This document shows positions 19,266 through 28,702 of a DNA stretch of 51,462 nucleotides, piece by piece. Positions within the stretch are counted from its first letter, which is position 1; every line of letters starts with the position of its first letter. The DNA is from a virus: the UHGV virus genome UHGV-0127437; one strand, 5' to 3'. Below the pieces are notes generated by a model that was given only the letters and a program-made list of their open reading frames with translations, was not told the origin of the DNA and did not search any database. A program made the translations under genes and the position numbers.

Positions 19266-20402
19266 TTAGCCCAGAAGCATTACTGCGTGGGCTGGTTTGA
19301 TGGAAGCCACGCCCCACGCCAGGCCAACTTCATAACGCACCTGACGGTACTGACGATACAGCGCGATCTGGAAGGTGATACCGGAAACTGGGTCGGTGAC
19401 ATTCATCACGTCATCAGCGGTGTCACCACCTTCCGGCATCGCCGGGGTACGAGAAGCCAGCAGAAATGCGTTGCGGTCAAACGCCATATTTGCAGTGAAA
19501 CCACCGACTACAGTGATAGCAACGCCGTCTGCCAGGTCCTGACGCAGCCCCGGTGCTGCCAGGGTGATAGTGGTAGCGGTCGCAGCAGCAACGACATACT
19601 GGTTATCGTCACCAGCGAAAGTCACAAGCTGGCCCGCAGCAATAGCACCCGTGCCGGTATCAATGGCAATAAGGATATCGCCTTCGGACTTGGCGCCATT
19701 CACCAGGTAACCAGCAGCTGTAGCGGCAGCAGCGCGCTTAACTCCAGCAGAACTGTGGATATTGAAGCCCTGCAGACGCCCCAGAACACCCTCACGCAGC
19801 AATTGTTCAGTCCCGGCTTCATTGACTTTGAACAGAACCGATTGCTTACCACGCATGTTGGCAATGGCGTCAGAATCAAGAACCATCTGCAGGTTAGTCG
19901 TCGGAGAGCCATTTTGTTCCAGAACTTTTCGGGTGTTTGCCGCGTCGGAAAGATCATCTTTGATGCCAAACGGGGTAGTGCCAGCAGTACCAACAGCGCG
20001 TGATGTACCGTAATAAAGTGCCCCCAGATCGGAGTCAACTTCGTTAGACAACGCGCGGAATGCCTGGGTGAACTGGTCGGCTAGGATAGTGTTGTAAGTA
20101 CCTGCCGGGCCGAGAGCCAGTTGTTCTTCACCGTTCCATTTGACCGGTGCCATTTTGGATTTGGTAATTTTTACATCGACAGTGCCAATGTTCTGATCAC
20201 CAGTATTCGGCGCAGACGGCCCCGGTACGATATCCTCGGTAACTGCTTCCGGTGCGACCGGCGCAGTTACTGTCTGCCCCTTCGCCGCTGCGTCTGCTTT
20301 GGTATTGCGCGCGACGGCAGGAATAAACCCCACCTGCTCACGAGAAACGATATCCAGAGCGGTATAGATAGTCGGGATCAACCCGGTCAGTGTATTCGAC
20401 AT
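19266..20402 (-). CDS. Major capsid protein
   Basis: 378-aa ORF after the scaffold gene. Its size, position and Ala/Gly/Thr-rich composition fit HK97-fold coat proteins. Confidence 0.8.
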   Translation of the reverse strand: MSNTLTGLIPTIYTALDIVSREQVGFIPAVARNTKADAAAKGQTVTAPVAPEAVTEDIVPGPSAPNTGDQNIGTVDVKITKSKMAPVKWNGEEQLALGPAGTYNTILADQFTQAFRALSNEVDSDLGALYYGTSRAVGTAGTTPFGIKDDLSDAANTRKVLEQNGSPTTNLQMVLDSDAIANMRGKQSVLFKVNEAGTEQLLREGVLGRLQGFNIHSSAGVKRAAAATAAGYLVNGAKSEGDILIAIDTGTGAIAAGQLVTFAGDDNQYVVAAATATTITLAAPGLRQDLADGVAITVVGGFTANMAFDRNAFLLASRTPAMPEGGDTADDVMNVTDPVSGITFQIALYRQYRQVRYEVGLAWGVASIKPAHAVMLLG

Positions 20403-20488
20403 GATTCATTTTTCCTTAGAGATAGATTTGGGTTGGTTGAGCTATCCAGCTCTGGCGCCAGCCACCATCCGGAAGCTGGCAAATGCAG

Positions 20489-21253
20489 TTAGTCGACGAT
20501 GGTGATACCGTCTTTGAGGGCTGTCTGTTTCCCGGTCTGATCCAGAGAATCGAATGCTGAGCGTTTCATTGTTTTCTGCCCGGCATCGTGTTGAGTCGTT
20601 CGTGAACCACCGCCGTTATTGCCACTGGCTTTCAGGATGTGGTCTTTTTGCGGGTACTGCTCTACCAGGAACTCCAGCGCTTCATCGAATGAGGCCAGTT
20701 CGCCCGGTTTAGAGCGGGAATAAATTTTGTTGCCGGTGCCGTCATAGGCGACAACTTTACCCTCTTCGACTTTAAACGACTGCCCGAAGCGGGCCTGAAG
20801 CAGATCGGCAGGGATGGCGATTTTATCGGTGATAAATTTGGAGCCGGTAAAACTACCGCCGATCATCGAATCGTACAGTTGACCTTCCAGCGTTTTACTT
20901 TTGTTGTTGGCCTCATCCAGTTGCGCCTGGAATGATTTGGTGATTTCGGCTTTCACCTGGTCAACTGCGCCAGCATCGATCAGTTTTTTCTGGTCGATTT
21001 TGGTCATCATTTCGATTGCTTCGAGCGCCTTTTTAGGGTCTTCAATCCCTGAGAAAGCAGCAAGTTTTGTTTCAACGGCTTCTTTGGCTTCGCGATGGGA
21101 TTTAGCCTCGCCATTCAGCGCCGAGATTTTGCTGACAGCCTGAGCGGCATCGAAGCCAATTTCTTTCCCGTCGTCATGCACGTAAACCGGCAGACCATTA
21201 GCATCGACTTCTGCGTAGTGCTTACCATTTACTTCAACTGTCTTCAGTTTCAT
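20489..21253 (-). CDS. Scaffolding protein
   Basis: The likely start is the ATG at 21253 (MKLKTVEVNGKHY). It is an acidic and Lys-rich helical protein directly upstream of the capsid gene. Confidence 0.6.
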   Translation of the reverse strand: MKLKTVEVNGKHYAEVDANGLPVYVHDDGKEIGFDAAQAVSKISALNGEAKSHREAKEAVETKLAAFSGIEDPKKALEAIEMMTKIDQKKLIDAGAVDQVKAEITKSFQAQLDEANNKSKTLEGQLYDSMIGGSFTGSKFITDKIAIPADLLQARFGQSFKVEEGKVVAYDGTGNKIYSRSKPGELASFDEALEFLVEQYPQKDHILKASGNNGGGSRTTQHDAGQKTMKRSAFDSLDQTGKQTALKDGITIVD

Positions 21254-21314
21254 GTTGTTACCTTTGATTTGGTCATCCGACCGTTGCACCGCTCACCATC
21301 CGGATTGCGGCCAT

Positions 21315-21339
21315 AAAAAAGGCCGCCCGGAGGCAGCCT
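21315..21339 (-). terminator. Intrinsic terminator upstream of the scaffold gene
   Basis: On the minus strand: AGGCTGCC-TCCG-GGCGGCCT followed by TTTTTT. Confidence 0.65.
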
Positions 21340-21355
21340 GTTGTGAATTTCAGAT

Positions 21356-21380
21356 AATAAAAAAGGCCGCCTTAGCGACC
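21356..21380 (-). terminator. Intrinsic terminator of the 37-codon ORF
   Basis: On the minus strand: GGTCGC-TAAG-GCGGCC followed by TTTTTTATT. The TAA stop of the small ORF sits in the loop. Confidence 0.55.
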
Positions 21381-21485
21381 TTTCTTTTTGTATTCCCGTT
21401 CGAATTTCCACATTTCATAAATTGAACGACTGGATATAACTATTGCAACCAGACCTAAGGCTATTGTGATTAACTGGATAATCAT
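21372..21485 (-). CDS. Unannotated 37-aa single-TM peptide (MIIQLITIALGLVAIVISSRSIYEMWKFEREYKKKGR)
   Basis: It is too short to appear in the ORF track. AGGAGGTG lies 5 nt upstream of the ATG. It has a hydrophobic N-terminal half, a basic C-terminus and its own terminator. Confidence 0.5.
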   Translation of the reverse strand: MIIQLITIALGLVAIVISSRSIYEMWKFEREYKKKGR

Positions 21486-21514
21486 TATCACCTCCTGTTG
21501 GTCTAAATAAGATA

Positions 21515-22627
21515 TCACAACCCCGCCTCTTTAAACGCCTGTGCGTCACGTTCCCGCAACTGCGCCAGCGTCAGCCATTCGCCTTTATCGGTGTAGAACT
21601 CATCAGGAGACATACCACCATCACGAATCAACCGGGCGCGCTTCTCGCCAACGATTTGCTTCTGGCGATCGAACGACTGACGCGAGAACCATTCCTGATA
21701 GTTGGTATCGCCAGGCACAACACCATCCATACTGGCGCGTTCCGCTGGCGGGATATCGCGAACATCGATACCCAACTCTTTCGCTGATTTGAGGATGAAG
21801 GTTTCAGTGGAACGGCAGCAGAAATGAATTTTCCCTGGCCCCTGCAAATAAGGAATCTTATGACCGATTGGCTTATTTTCCAGCGTGTACTTAAGGCGGT
21901 CGCGAATCCTGCACATCTGCGTCGTTCGGTTGTCCAGGGTGGAAAGCCACTGCTTACCCTTCATCAGGTCGTTATTGGCGTCAGCAAAGCTGTTACGCGC
22001 CGTCGCCGCAAGGTGCCCCACTGCCGTTTTCGCGGTGCTGGCGGCATTGGCGCGACTCATCTGTAACGCGCCATCCTGATAGCCGCGATTAGCGTGACCG
22101 CGAACCTTGCGCGCTATCTGCTCGTTCGTATCTCCCAGCAAAAAACCCTGTCGAACTGCGTTACTGATGCGGTTGAGGCGATCCGCTTCGAGATTTGAGG
22201 CCCACTCACTGAGCAGTCGCCCCTGAAATGGCTGCGCCATTGCCGCAGCATAAACAGCGTCTGGAGAGATACCCACCAGCGGATGAACGTCGGTCACGAA
22301 CTCCGGCAACAGCGCGTCAAAGAGACTCAACTGATACCCCGCCTCATGTTGCGCCAGGTCATTCAGTTCAGTAGACAGGCTGGAAAACATGCCGTTTATC
22401 GCAGTGCGGTTAATTTCCCGCACGCTCGCCAGCAGCGCTTCAAGACGCGTGACCGTAAAGCTGTTCGGCTCTATGCCATCCATCGCCACCAGCAGGCGCG
22501 CTGTCAACTCAGCATCACTTTCGTTGAGCAGCTTCACCATCCTGTTGGCAACGCCGGTACTGTAACGACTAATCCAGATAGCGTGCGCTATGGACTCATC
22601 ACGCAGTTGTTCGTTAACCGTCGCCAT
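21515..22627 (-). CDS. Head morphogenesis protein (SPP1 gp7 / MuF-like)
   Basis: 370 aa immediately after the portal gene. The motif region ...KGKQWLSTLDNRTTQMCRIRDRLKY is typical of the gp7/MuF family. Confidence 0.75.
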   Translation of the reverse strand: MATVNEQLRDESIAHAIWISRYSTGVANRMVKLLNESDAELTARLLVAMDGIEPNSFTVTRLEALLASVREINRTAINGMFSSLSTELNDLAQHEAGYQLSLFDALLPEFVTDVHPLVGISPDAVYAAAMAQPFQGRLLSEWASNLEADRLNRISNAVRQGFLLGDTNEQIARKVRGHANRGYQDGALQMSRANAASTAKTAVGHLAATARNSFADANNDLMKGKQWLSTLDNRTTQMCRIRDRLKYTLENKPIGHKIPYLQGPGKIHFCCRSTETFILKSAKELGIDVRDIPPAERASMDGVVPGDTNYQEWFSRQSFDRQKQIVGEKRARLIRDGGMSPDEFYTDKGEWLTLAQLRERDAQAFKEAGL

Positions 22628-24017
22628 TGTTACCGCCCATCAACGTTACCTGCTGGTTTTTCAGCTCGTCGATAACCTCTTCCGGTTTCGCGTCAGGGTC
22701 GATGAATTTTAGCGCCTGAAGCACGCGAACGGCATCAACCTGGCGGATGTCGCCCCCCTGTCGCAGGGACTGAACGGCCATAGCAGCAGATGAATCGAAC
22801 GTCTGAGCAGTAACATCCAGTTCGGTGCGCACATCAACATTGCCGCCATCACTTTCACCAATCCACTGAGCCATGATTTGCAGAATGTTATCAAGTGCAT
22901 CCTCCAGAGAACTCGCCATGGTGTACAGTGGCGAGTTTTCCTGCATATGCTCTTCATGCGTCTGGTCGTCAGATTTTGTTGATGTGTTTTCTGCGCGCAG
23001 CAGTTTCGCACCCGCCTGGCGCATCTGATTTTCCAGATCATCCAGCGATGTTTTGCCGGATTCAATGGCAGCGCCGGTGTGCTCGGTGTATTCCATACCC
23101 TGCTTTGCGCGGTCGCTGAATTTAGTAGCGCTGGATGAGCCAATGACCAGTTCCTGATCGTCTTCCAGACCAAAAACTGACAGAAGCGGCACACGCACAA
23201 CATGAAGAATGTTGTCCTGCTCACTCTGGCTTTGCCAGTGCTTGATATTCAGCAATGCCAGATTCAACAGCGGCGGAGAACCGCGCATAAACCCGGTTTT
23301 CTTGGTGTAGAGCGTTACAAGGGTAATATCGTCGCGACTGGTTTCCCACTCTTCATAAAGAGTCCAGGTGGATTCCCCACCATCACCTTTGTTACGGCGC
23401 CAGATTTCCACTTTACGCGGCATGATGTGGCGGATCTGCTCAACTTTGGTTTGCCCGAAGTCGTCACCATCCACGACAATGACTTCTTTTACGCGTAACT
23501 CAGTGAGCACAACTTTTCCGCTGACAACCTTTGATTTCCAGCCGATCACCTGCCGAGGATTAAGCATCGTTACATACGGTCGACCACCAGCAGCCTGCTC
23601 GTCAGCTTTTGTGCGGATTTCTTCGGCGTTTGTGCGCGGGTAATCCACCAGTGCATGTGCGAGACCATACTGAAACGCCAGGCTAAAGAATTGCTGCGCC
23701 CAGACATCAAGGCGACTGCCTTCCATATCGATGTTTTCGGCATAATCTTTGATTTTTTCCGGCGTTTTTTCGCTTAACACTGTTGGCTCAGCAAATACGC
23801 GCCCGGTATTTTGCTTAATGCTTTCTTCGTAGGCCGGGAGCAGCGTCGCAACAGACAGGCGTTTCTTATAGTCCTCTTTGTCCTCGCGCGGCCAGCGAGG
23901 TAGGTAGGCTTCGCCCTGCCGGCGCATTTCCAGCGTGCCGCCCATCAGTGCATCGTTAATGTCCCACGCCTCAACCATGTCGTTATAGTCGAGGTTGGGT
24001 GTCGAAATATCTGGCAT
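22614..24017 (-). CDS. Portal protein
   Basis: 467-aa ORF between TerL and the MuF-like gene, with the canonical position and size. Confidence 0.75.
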   Translation of the reverse strand: MPDISTPNLDYNDMVEAWDINDALMGGTLEMRRQGEAYLPRWPREDKEDYKKRLSVATLLPAYEESIKQNTGRVFAEPTVLSEKTPEKIKDYAENIDMEGSRLDVWAQQFFSLAFQYGLAHALVDYPRTNAEEIRTKADEQAAGGRPYVTMLNPRQVIGWKSKVVSGKVVLTELRVKEVIVVDGDDFGQTKVEQIRHIMPRKVEIWRRNKGDGGESTWTLYEEWETSRDDITLVTLYTKKTGFMRGSPPLLNLALLNIKHWQSQSEQDNILHVVRVPLLSVFGLEDDQELVIGSSSATKFSDRAKQGMEYTEHTGAAIESGKTSLDDLENQMRQAGAKLLRAENTSTKSDDQTHEEHMQENSPLYTMASSLEDALDNILQIMAQWIGESDGGNVDVRTELDVTAQTFDSSAAMAVQSLRQGGDIRQVDAVRVLQALKFIDPDAKPEEVIDELKNQQVTLMGGNNGDG

Positions 24018-24020
24018 GGT

Positions 24021-25592
24021 TTACATCCGAAGTTTGGTGACTTTGCCGACTTTCTTCGGCGGTGAATGCAGAACTTCATAACGAGTTCCGTCCCAGTCGT
24101 GATCTTCCTGTTGCGTGTCAACGTCATCAGGGTTTTTGCTGTCGCGGACGAGTACAGGAATACGGCTTATCCAGCCACGGCAGTAATCAAAAACATAAAA
24201 CGCAGGTTTTTCTGGTATCCCGGATTCCAGTTTTTTACCTTCGACAACCGCCTCCAGCATGTCGGCAAACAATGCGGCGCCATTAACGCGAGAGCCGGGC
24301 TTTTTGTTGGCCTCAACCCATTTAACGCCCTGCACTTCCATTTTCTGAGCGATTGAAAGTTCATCATCGCCAGTGTTGTAGATCGCGCTGTCGGCCGGGC
24401 CGGGAACAACCTTTTTGCAGATACCCGGCATAATGTTGAGTTGTCCCTGAGTGACGCCATCGAGTTTTATCTCATCAGGTTCGTCAACTTCCTGGCCTGT
24501 TAGCCGCTTATCAATCCACGCAACGCCTTTTGCGACGTTGGTAGATGACATGTTCAGCCCTTTATTCAGTTCGTCAGGCGGGCAACCGTACCACTCGCCA
24601 ATCAGAATCAGAGACCCGGCGGGCGGGCAGAATTGACGCCCATCCGGCAGCGTCGCGACAGTGCCATCCGTGCGAGCCCACCAGAGATTAGAGAACGGCT
24701 TCGACTCACCCCAGTCATGGGAACGGTCAACGGTCCAGCTATCCGGTATGCGGAACGGCTTAATGACGTGAAGCGCCTCACTCCATAGATGGTCAAAGCG
24801 TCCGCCACTGGTAACATCCCACGAACCCTCTACCCATGCCTTGCGGCGGTTCGGGTCTTTGATGGACATCAGCGTTGCTATGTACTGCGGATCCAGATAC
24901 GGGTTCTCTTTGAAAGAACCGTGTATCGCGACGCGGGTTAACGTGATCTCTTCTTCCCGCTCGGTTTGAGGGTTGAACACTAATTGTTTGTGACGCTGTA
25001 CAGTTCCGCGCGGTGCCGGTTCGATAAATCGTTTTTTTACCCAGGTGTGACCGATGCCAAATGGGTTTGTCGTGCTGAATACTTCGAGTGGGATCGGTTT
25101 TAGCAACGATCCATCTTTTCGCGGATAGTCTTCAGGCCGGAACGATGAGCGGCGACACGAAAACATTGCTTCGTAGAAATCTGAGTTAGGTTGTTTGGTC
25201 AGCTCGTTAAAGCCGATAAACGGAAATTCCTGCCCGTGGAAGTTCCAGTAATCATCAGCTTCGCTTCCGAACCGGAACAGCAGTTCTTCACCAGTAGGCC
25301 ACACCCATCGCAATTCACTCGCGGACCGAAGAAAATTTGCCCCGTCGCCGAACAGGTTATACATACGCTTAGACTGCGTGATGATGTCTGCCAGGTTCTT
25401 ATACTCAGTGTCAAAAATGACACCGCGCCAGAATGAACCATAACCGACACCGACATTACGGCGAAAACGCGCCAACTGCGCAGCGGTTTTGCCTGGTCCG
25501 CGCGTTCCCTCGTAGAGGATCTCATTACATGGGCAACTCAGCGAAAGAGACTGTGATCCGGGCAGAGGCTTCCATACAGCCTTGTAATTCAT
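24021..25592 (-). CDS. Terminase large subunit
   Basis: 523 aa. Walker A-like YEGTRGPGKT lies near the N-terminus, and the C-terminal half looks nuclease-like. Its start overlaps the TerS stop. Confidence 0.85.
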   Translation of the reverse strand: MNYKAVWKPLPGSQSLSLSCPCNEILYEGTRGPGKTAAQLARFRRNVGVGYGSFWRGVIFDTEYKNLADIITQSKRMYNLFGDGANFLRSASELRWVWPTGEELLFRFGSEADDYWNFHGQEFPFIGFNELTKQPNSDFYEAMFSCRRSSFRPEDYPRKDGSLLKPIPLEVFSTTNPFGIGHTWVKKRFIEPAPRGTVQRHKQLVFNPQTEREEEITLTRVAIHGSFKENPYLDPQYIATLMSIKDPNRRKAWVEGSWDVTSGGRFDHLWSEALHVIKPFRIPDSWTVDRSHDWGESKPFSNLWWARTDGTVATLPDGRQFCPPAGSLILIGEWYGCPPDELNKGLNMSSTNVAKGVAWIDKRLTGQEVDEPDEIKLDGVTQGQLNIMPGICKKVVPGPADSAIYNTGDDELSIAQKMEVQGVKWVEANKKPGSRVNGAALFADMLEAVVEGKKLESGIPEKPAFYVFDYCRGWISRIPVLVRDSKNPDDVDTQQEDHDWDGTRYEVLHSPPKKVGKVTKLRM

Positions 25593-26077
25593 CCACCAAG
25601 AACCTCATTTTGTTGTTTCTGCGCAGCAGCTTCCCAGTCGTCAACGTTGTCACAGGATGGAACGGGCATAACGTTGTGAGTCGATATAACGTTCTGTTCA
25701 ACCTTTTGCTTGTTGGTATAAACGTCACCGACCTCTTTCGCAGCCTGTTCGAGAAGCTGGGCCGTCATGCCGAGGTTTTTCATGTTCTCGGCGGTCACAG
25801 ACATTCGTTGCAGTACGCGAAGCCGATAAGCCTTATTAGCAATCGGGATTTCTGCAATTTCCGTCTGGAAGCGCTCGCGGGTTTCGTTGAACATCTCCAC
25901 CCATTTTTTCGCCAGGCCTTTGCCGTTAGCTTTTGTCGGGTCGTGGGATTCAACCTGCTGACGGGGGATCGTGATGCCGAATTCTTTTTTGACAGCCTCC
26001 ACAACCTGAGAAGGGGTGTCGAAGCACGCAAGCGATTGAACGATGAAGGCTTTGACCTCACCTTTTAATGCCGCCAT
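25589..26077 (-). CDS. Terminase small subunit (DUF2280-like)
   Basis: 162-aa ORF immediately upstream of TerL, translationally coupled to it, with an HTH-like N-terminus. Confidence 0.6.
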   Translation of the reverse strand: MAALKGEVKAFIVQSLACFDTPSQVVEAVKKEFGITIPRQQVESHDPTKANGKGLAKKWVEMFNETRERFQTEIAEIPIANKAYRLRVLQRMSVTAENMKNLGMTAQLLEQAAKEVGDVYTNKQKVEQNVISTHNVMPVPSCDNVDDWEAAAQKQQNEVLGG

Positions 26078-26109
26078 AGCTTACCTGCCCGTCATAATCA
26101 GTCATAAAA

Positions 26110-26748
26110 TCAAGCCAGTTTCAGCATGCACGTCCCGCACGCTCTGGCAATGTTAAGATGTGCAACCTCCGCAGGCTTATTCGCCGCATCAACCATTTCC
26201 TGCACTTCATTACTGGCACCGTATCGGCGTACGACACCGACAAATTCTTCGACATCATGTCCGCGCAATGTCAGTACCGGCTGACCGGTCTCTTTATTGA
26301 ACTTCGGCGCGCCATAGTCGTCGGTAGACTGGGCAATATGGTAAAGCTCATGCTCTACCAGTGCGCAGAACTCAAGGTCACTGCATTGTGAGCAGTAATC
26401 GGCTGCCAGCGTGATGATGAACTTCGGAATGCGCCCGAACCATTCATACATCTGCTGTTCCATTCTGGCCTTCTGCCAGCCGCCGGCGCGGAGTATTACC
26501 TGTTCGGCCTGGCCGAGAACGTAGCGCCCTTTCTTCGCGAACGAATCGGACGCCCACATGAAGCAGAGATCGGCATCAATCAGGTGCGCGTGGTCAGGGT
26601 TATGGATGCTTCCTGTATCGCTCAGGATTTGCCTGTTTATCCACTCATGCACTTCATTGGCGGGGATCAGCCTGGTGTATGGCTGCCAGTTTTCAGCATT
26701 GATAAAGTTAACCGGCGGGAGTGGCCTGCGCTCGTCATCGTTAGCCAT
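26110..26748 (-). CDS. Phage metallopeptidase-like protein (HExxH)
   Basis: 212 aa with the motif VEHELYHIAQ. It occupies the first position of the packaging module, as in the 'putative phage metallopeptidase' families. Confidence 0.55.
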   Translation of the reverse strand: MANDDERRPLPPVNFINAENWQPYTRLIPANEVHEWINRQILSDTGSIHNPDHAHLIDADLCFMWASDSFAKKGRYVLGQAEQVILRAGGWQKARMEQQMYEWFGRIPKFIITLAADYCSQCSDLEFCALVEHELYHIAQSTDDYGAPKFNKETGQPVLTLRGHDVEEFVGVVRRYGASNEVQEMVDAANKPAEVAHLNIARACGTCMLKLA

Positions 26749-27127
26749 GAGTTAATCCTGTTTGAAGAAAAGGTAAGTAACCAGATTCGCCCGCCACGGC
26801 TCCGGCTGGCCGCTATGAAGGTAAAAGCTCGCGTTACCATCGCGAGGAAAACCCGGCGTGACCCGTTTTTGAATAACCACGCTCACTCGCGCAGGGAGAA
26901 TCCTCCTCAAGGAGGCTGCGGTCTTAGTTCGGGCGTGGAGACTGCGACGAATCGGCGCTATGGGCATTCTTGTCGCAGCGGTCGCCACCATCTCACGATG
27001 TTGCTATGCCACTTCCGTCTGTTCCGGCTGCCAAGATATGGATCACCTCATTGGTTGATGCCAATCTATGCTTCTTGTCGGGTAAGCATCAGCAAAGCAC
27101 CTTGGAAAGTGATTTGGTGATGCCAAC

Positions 27128-27150
27128 AAAAAACCGCCCGGAGGCGGCTA
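27128..27150 (-). terminator. Intrinsic terminator after the AT-rich moron (T-tracts on both sides)
   Basis: CCGCC-cgga-GGCGG stem. On the minus strand it is followed by TTTTTTG. Confidence 0.7.
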
Positions 27151-27152
27151 TT

Positions 27153-27512
27153 TTATTTTTTAGTAACTGTATATCGTATGGCCGTAGTCGTCATACGGCT
27201 GGCTGTGATGAATATTTTATATTTAATTTTTTCTGCATTAAAGAAATCTTTTAAGAGCTTATAGTAACGTTTAGTTATCTCTGCCCCTCTGTTTTTAATA
27301 TCTCCTTGAGTAAGCCCCTCACCTTCGTAAGTAATTTCAGCTTTTCTTTTCCCTAAGTAAACATTTTCGGGAAGCTCGTTACCATCGAAATCCTTCTTAA
27401 GTCCATTTTTTTCAAGTAGCTCGGAAACCTCACTATAGATGTTCGACTTATCACCGACCGTAATATCGAAGGTAACCATTACATAATATGAAATTGTGGC
27501 TTTTTTTGACAT
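27153..27512 (-). CDS. AT-rich moron protein of unknown function
   Basis: 119-aa Lys-rich ORF (MSKKATISYYVMVTFDITVGDKSNIYSEVSELLEKNGL...) between Rz/Rz1 and the packaging module, with its own terminator. Confidence 0.6.
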   Translation of the reverse strand: MSKKATISYYVMVTFDITVGDKSNIYSEVSELLEKNGLKKDFDGNELPENVYLGKRKAEITYEGEGLTQGDIKNRGAEITKRYYKLLKDFFNAEKIKYKIFITASRMTTTAIRYTVTKK

Positions 27513-27623
27513 TCACTATTTCTCCATTGAAGCGAAGAAATAGTATCGGCAAGTCTAAAAAAAATTTTATTAACTAAGATCAGACATACTACATTCGACT
27601 TGATGCTTCTCTCGCCAGAAGAC

Positions 27624-28193
27624 TTAATCTGCACTATTTGCGGAACTCCTGTTGTTTGAGCTTCTAACTGACTCATAAATCTTCTCGCATGTCATTCCAG
27701 CTCGGTAGCTTTCGTCAGATCGCTCAGCATAATATCGAGCCTCTTCTGCAAGGCGTCCGAGCATGTCGGCGAGCATTCCGGCGTCGACTCCGGCTGTTTT
27801 GCTTCTGACGGAAGCGGCAAGATTTGCGGTGTGCTTTGCGGCGTCCAGGCGGGTAGCGAGTTTTTTTGCTTCGGTGCGCAGCTGGTTAACAGTGGCAGAC
27901 AGGCCAGCAGCAGTGGCAGCAGATTTAGCGGCTTGTGCTTGTGCATCTTTTACAGCCTCATCACGGGCAATTATGCGCCCTTGTTCAATCCAGCGGGCGG
28001 CGGCCTGTGCGTTCACTGTCTGTGACGACTCCGCACTGTCGCGCTCTGCCCATTTTTTTTGCCAGTCCCTGTCGCTCCAGACATTTCCGGTGATAAACGC
28101 GCCAGCCACCAGAAGTAAAACGACAACGGGTTTCCACCAGGCTTTTATGCCAGCAATTAACAGCGCCGGGTTCACTGGTCTATCCCCCAGCAC
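27624..28193 (-). CDS. Rz: i-spanin (Rz-like)
   Basis: N-terminal TM ([18 protein letters not shown]) followed by an Ala/Gln-rich coiled coil. It follows the endolysin and contains the embedded lipoprotein ORF. Confidence 0.8.
   Translation of the reverse strand: MLGDRPVNPALLIAGIKAWWKPVVVLLLVAGAFITGNVWSDRDWQKKWAERDSAESSQTVNAQAAARWIEQGRIIARDEAVKDAQAQAAKSAATAAGLSATVNQLRTEAKKLATRLDAAKHTANLAASVRSKTAGVDAGMLADMLGRLAEEARYYAERSDESYRAGMTCEKIYESVRSSNNRSSANSAD
27692..27946 (-). CDS. Rz1: o-spanin (Rz1-like lipoprotein) embedded out of frame in Rz
   Basis: It has a signal peptide with lipobox LLTSC ([23 protein letters not shown]) and a Pro-rich mature part. It lies entirely inside the Rz ORF. Confidence 0.8.
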   Translation of the reverse strand: MHKHKPLNLLPLLLACLPLLTSCAPKQKNSLPAWTPQSTPQILPLPSEAKQPESTPECSPTCSDALQKRLDIMLSDLTKATELE

Positions 28194-28702
28194 GTAAGCG
28201 CGCTTTCCTGGTCGCGACGGGAAACCTGCCCAAAGCAGTTATTGGAGCGAATGCGGCAATCTTTTCCGCCGTCGAATATCCAACGCCTGATTTCAGCACA
28301 GGCCCCTTTGCGGTCTCCTGCGTTCAGCTTACGAAAAAATCCAGATGGCAGGCATTTACCAGAGCCGATGTTGTACGGGCAGAACGACGCGATCCCCGCT
28401 TTCTGTGGTTCTGTCAGTGGTACTTTGATATTTCGCTCTACCCAGGCCAGCGCTTTATCGCGCTCAATGGCGTTTACCTGGTCACATTTCGCCTGCGTCA
28501 GCTTCATGCCCTGCACCACCGGTTTACCATCAACCATTGTGGCGCCACGGCAAATCGTCCAGATCCCGCCACCATCTTTGTACGCTGTCAGACTGTTACC
28601 CTCTTTCTCATTCAGGAACTGATCGAGAATAACCGACGCTGGCGCACCGGCGAGAACCAGTGCCAGAACGGCGGCACTAAGTTTTGCTCTCCACCCCATC
28701 AT
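28172..28702 (-). CDS. SAR endolysin (T4-lysozyme-type, GH24)
   Basis: E-x8-D-x5-T triad ([18 protein letters not shown]). The N-terminal Ala/Gly/Leu-rich segment [21 protein letters not shown] looks like a signal-arrest-release anchor. Confidence 0.85.
   Translation of the reverse strand: MMGWRAKLSAAVLALVLAGAPASVILDQFLNEKEGNSLTAYKDGGGIWTICRGATMVDGKPVVQGMKLTQAKCDQVNAIERDKALAWVERNIKVPLTEPQKAGIASFCPYNIGSGKCLPSGFFRKLNAGDRKGACAEIRRWIFDGGKDCRIRSNNCFGQVSRRDQESALTCWGIDQ

Noticed and set aside
19251-20003. 250-aa plus-strand ORF opposite the major capsid gene
   Set aside because: It is antisense to the capsid ORF, has low-complexity Ser/Arg/Cys-rich translation, and has no ribosome-binding site or independent transcription signals.
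26752-26991. 79-aa minus-strand ORF, and the 178-aa plus-strand ORF 26584..27120, in the noncoding gap
   Set aside because: Their translations are Arg/Pro-rich with no SD. The plus-strand ORF overlaps the metallopeptidase-like gene in antisense. The interval is better explained as a cis-acting (cos/pac or RNA) region.
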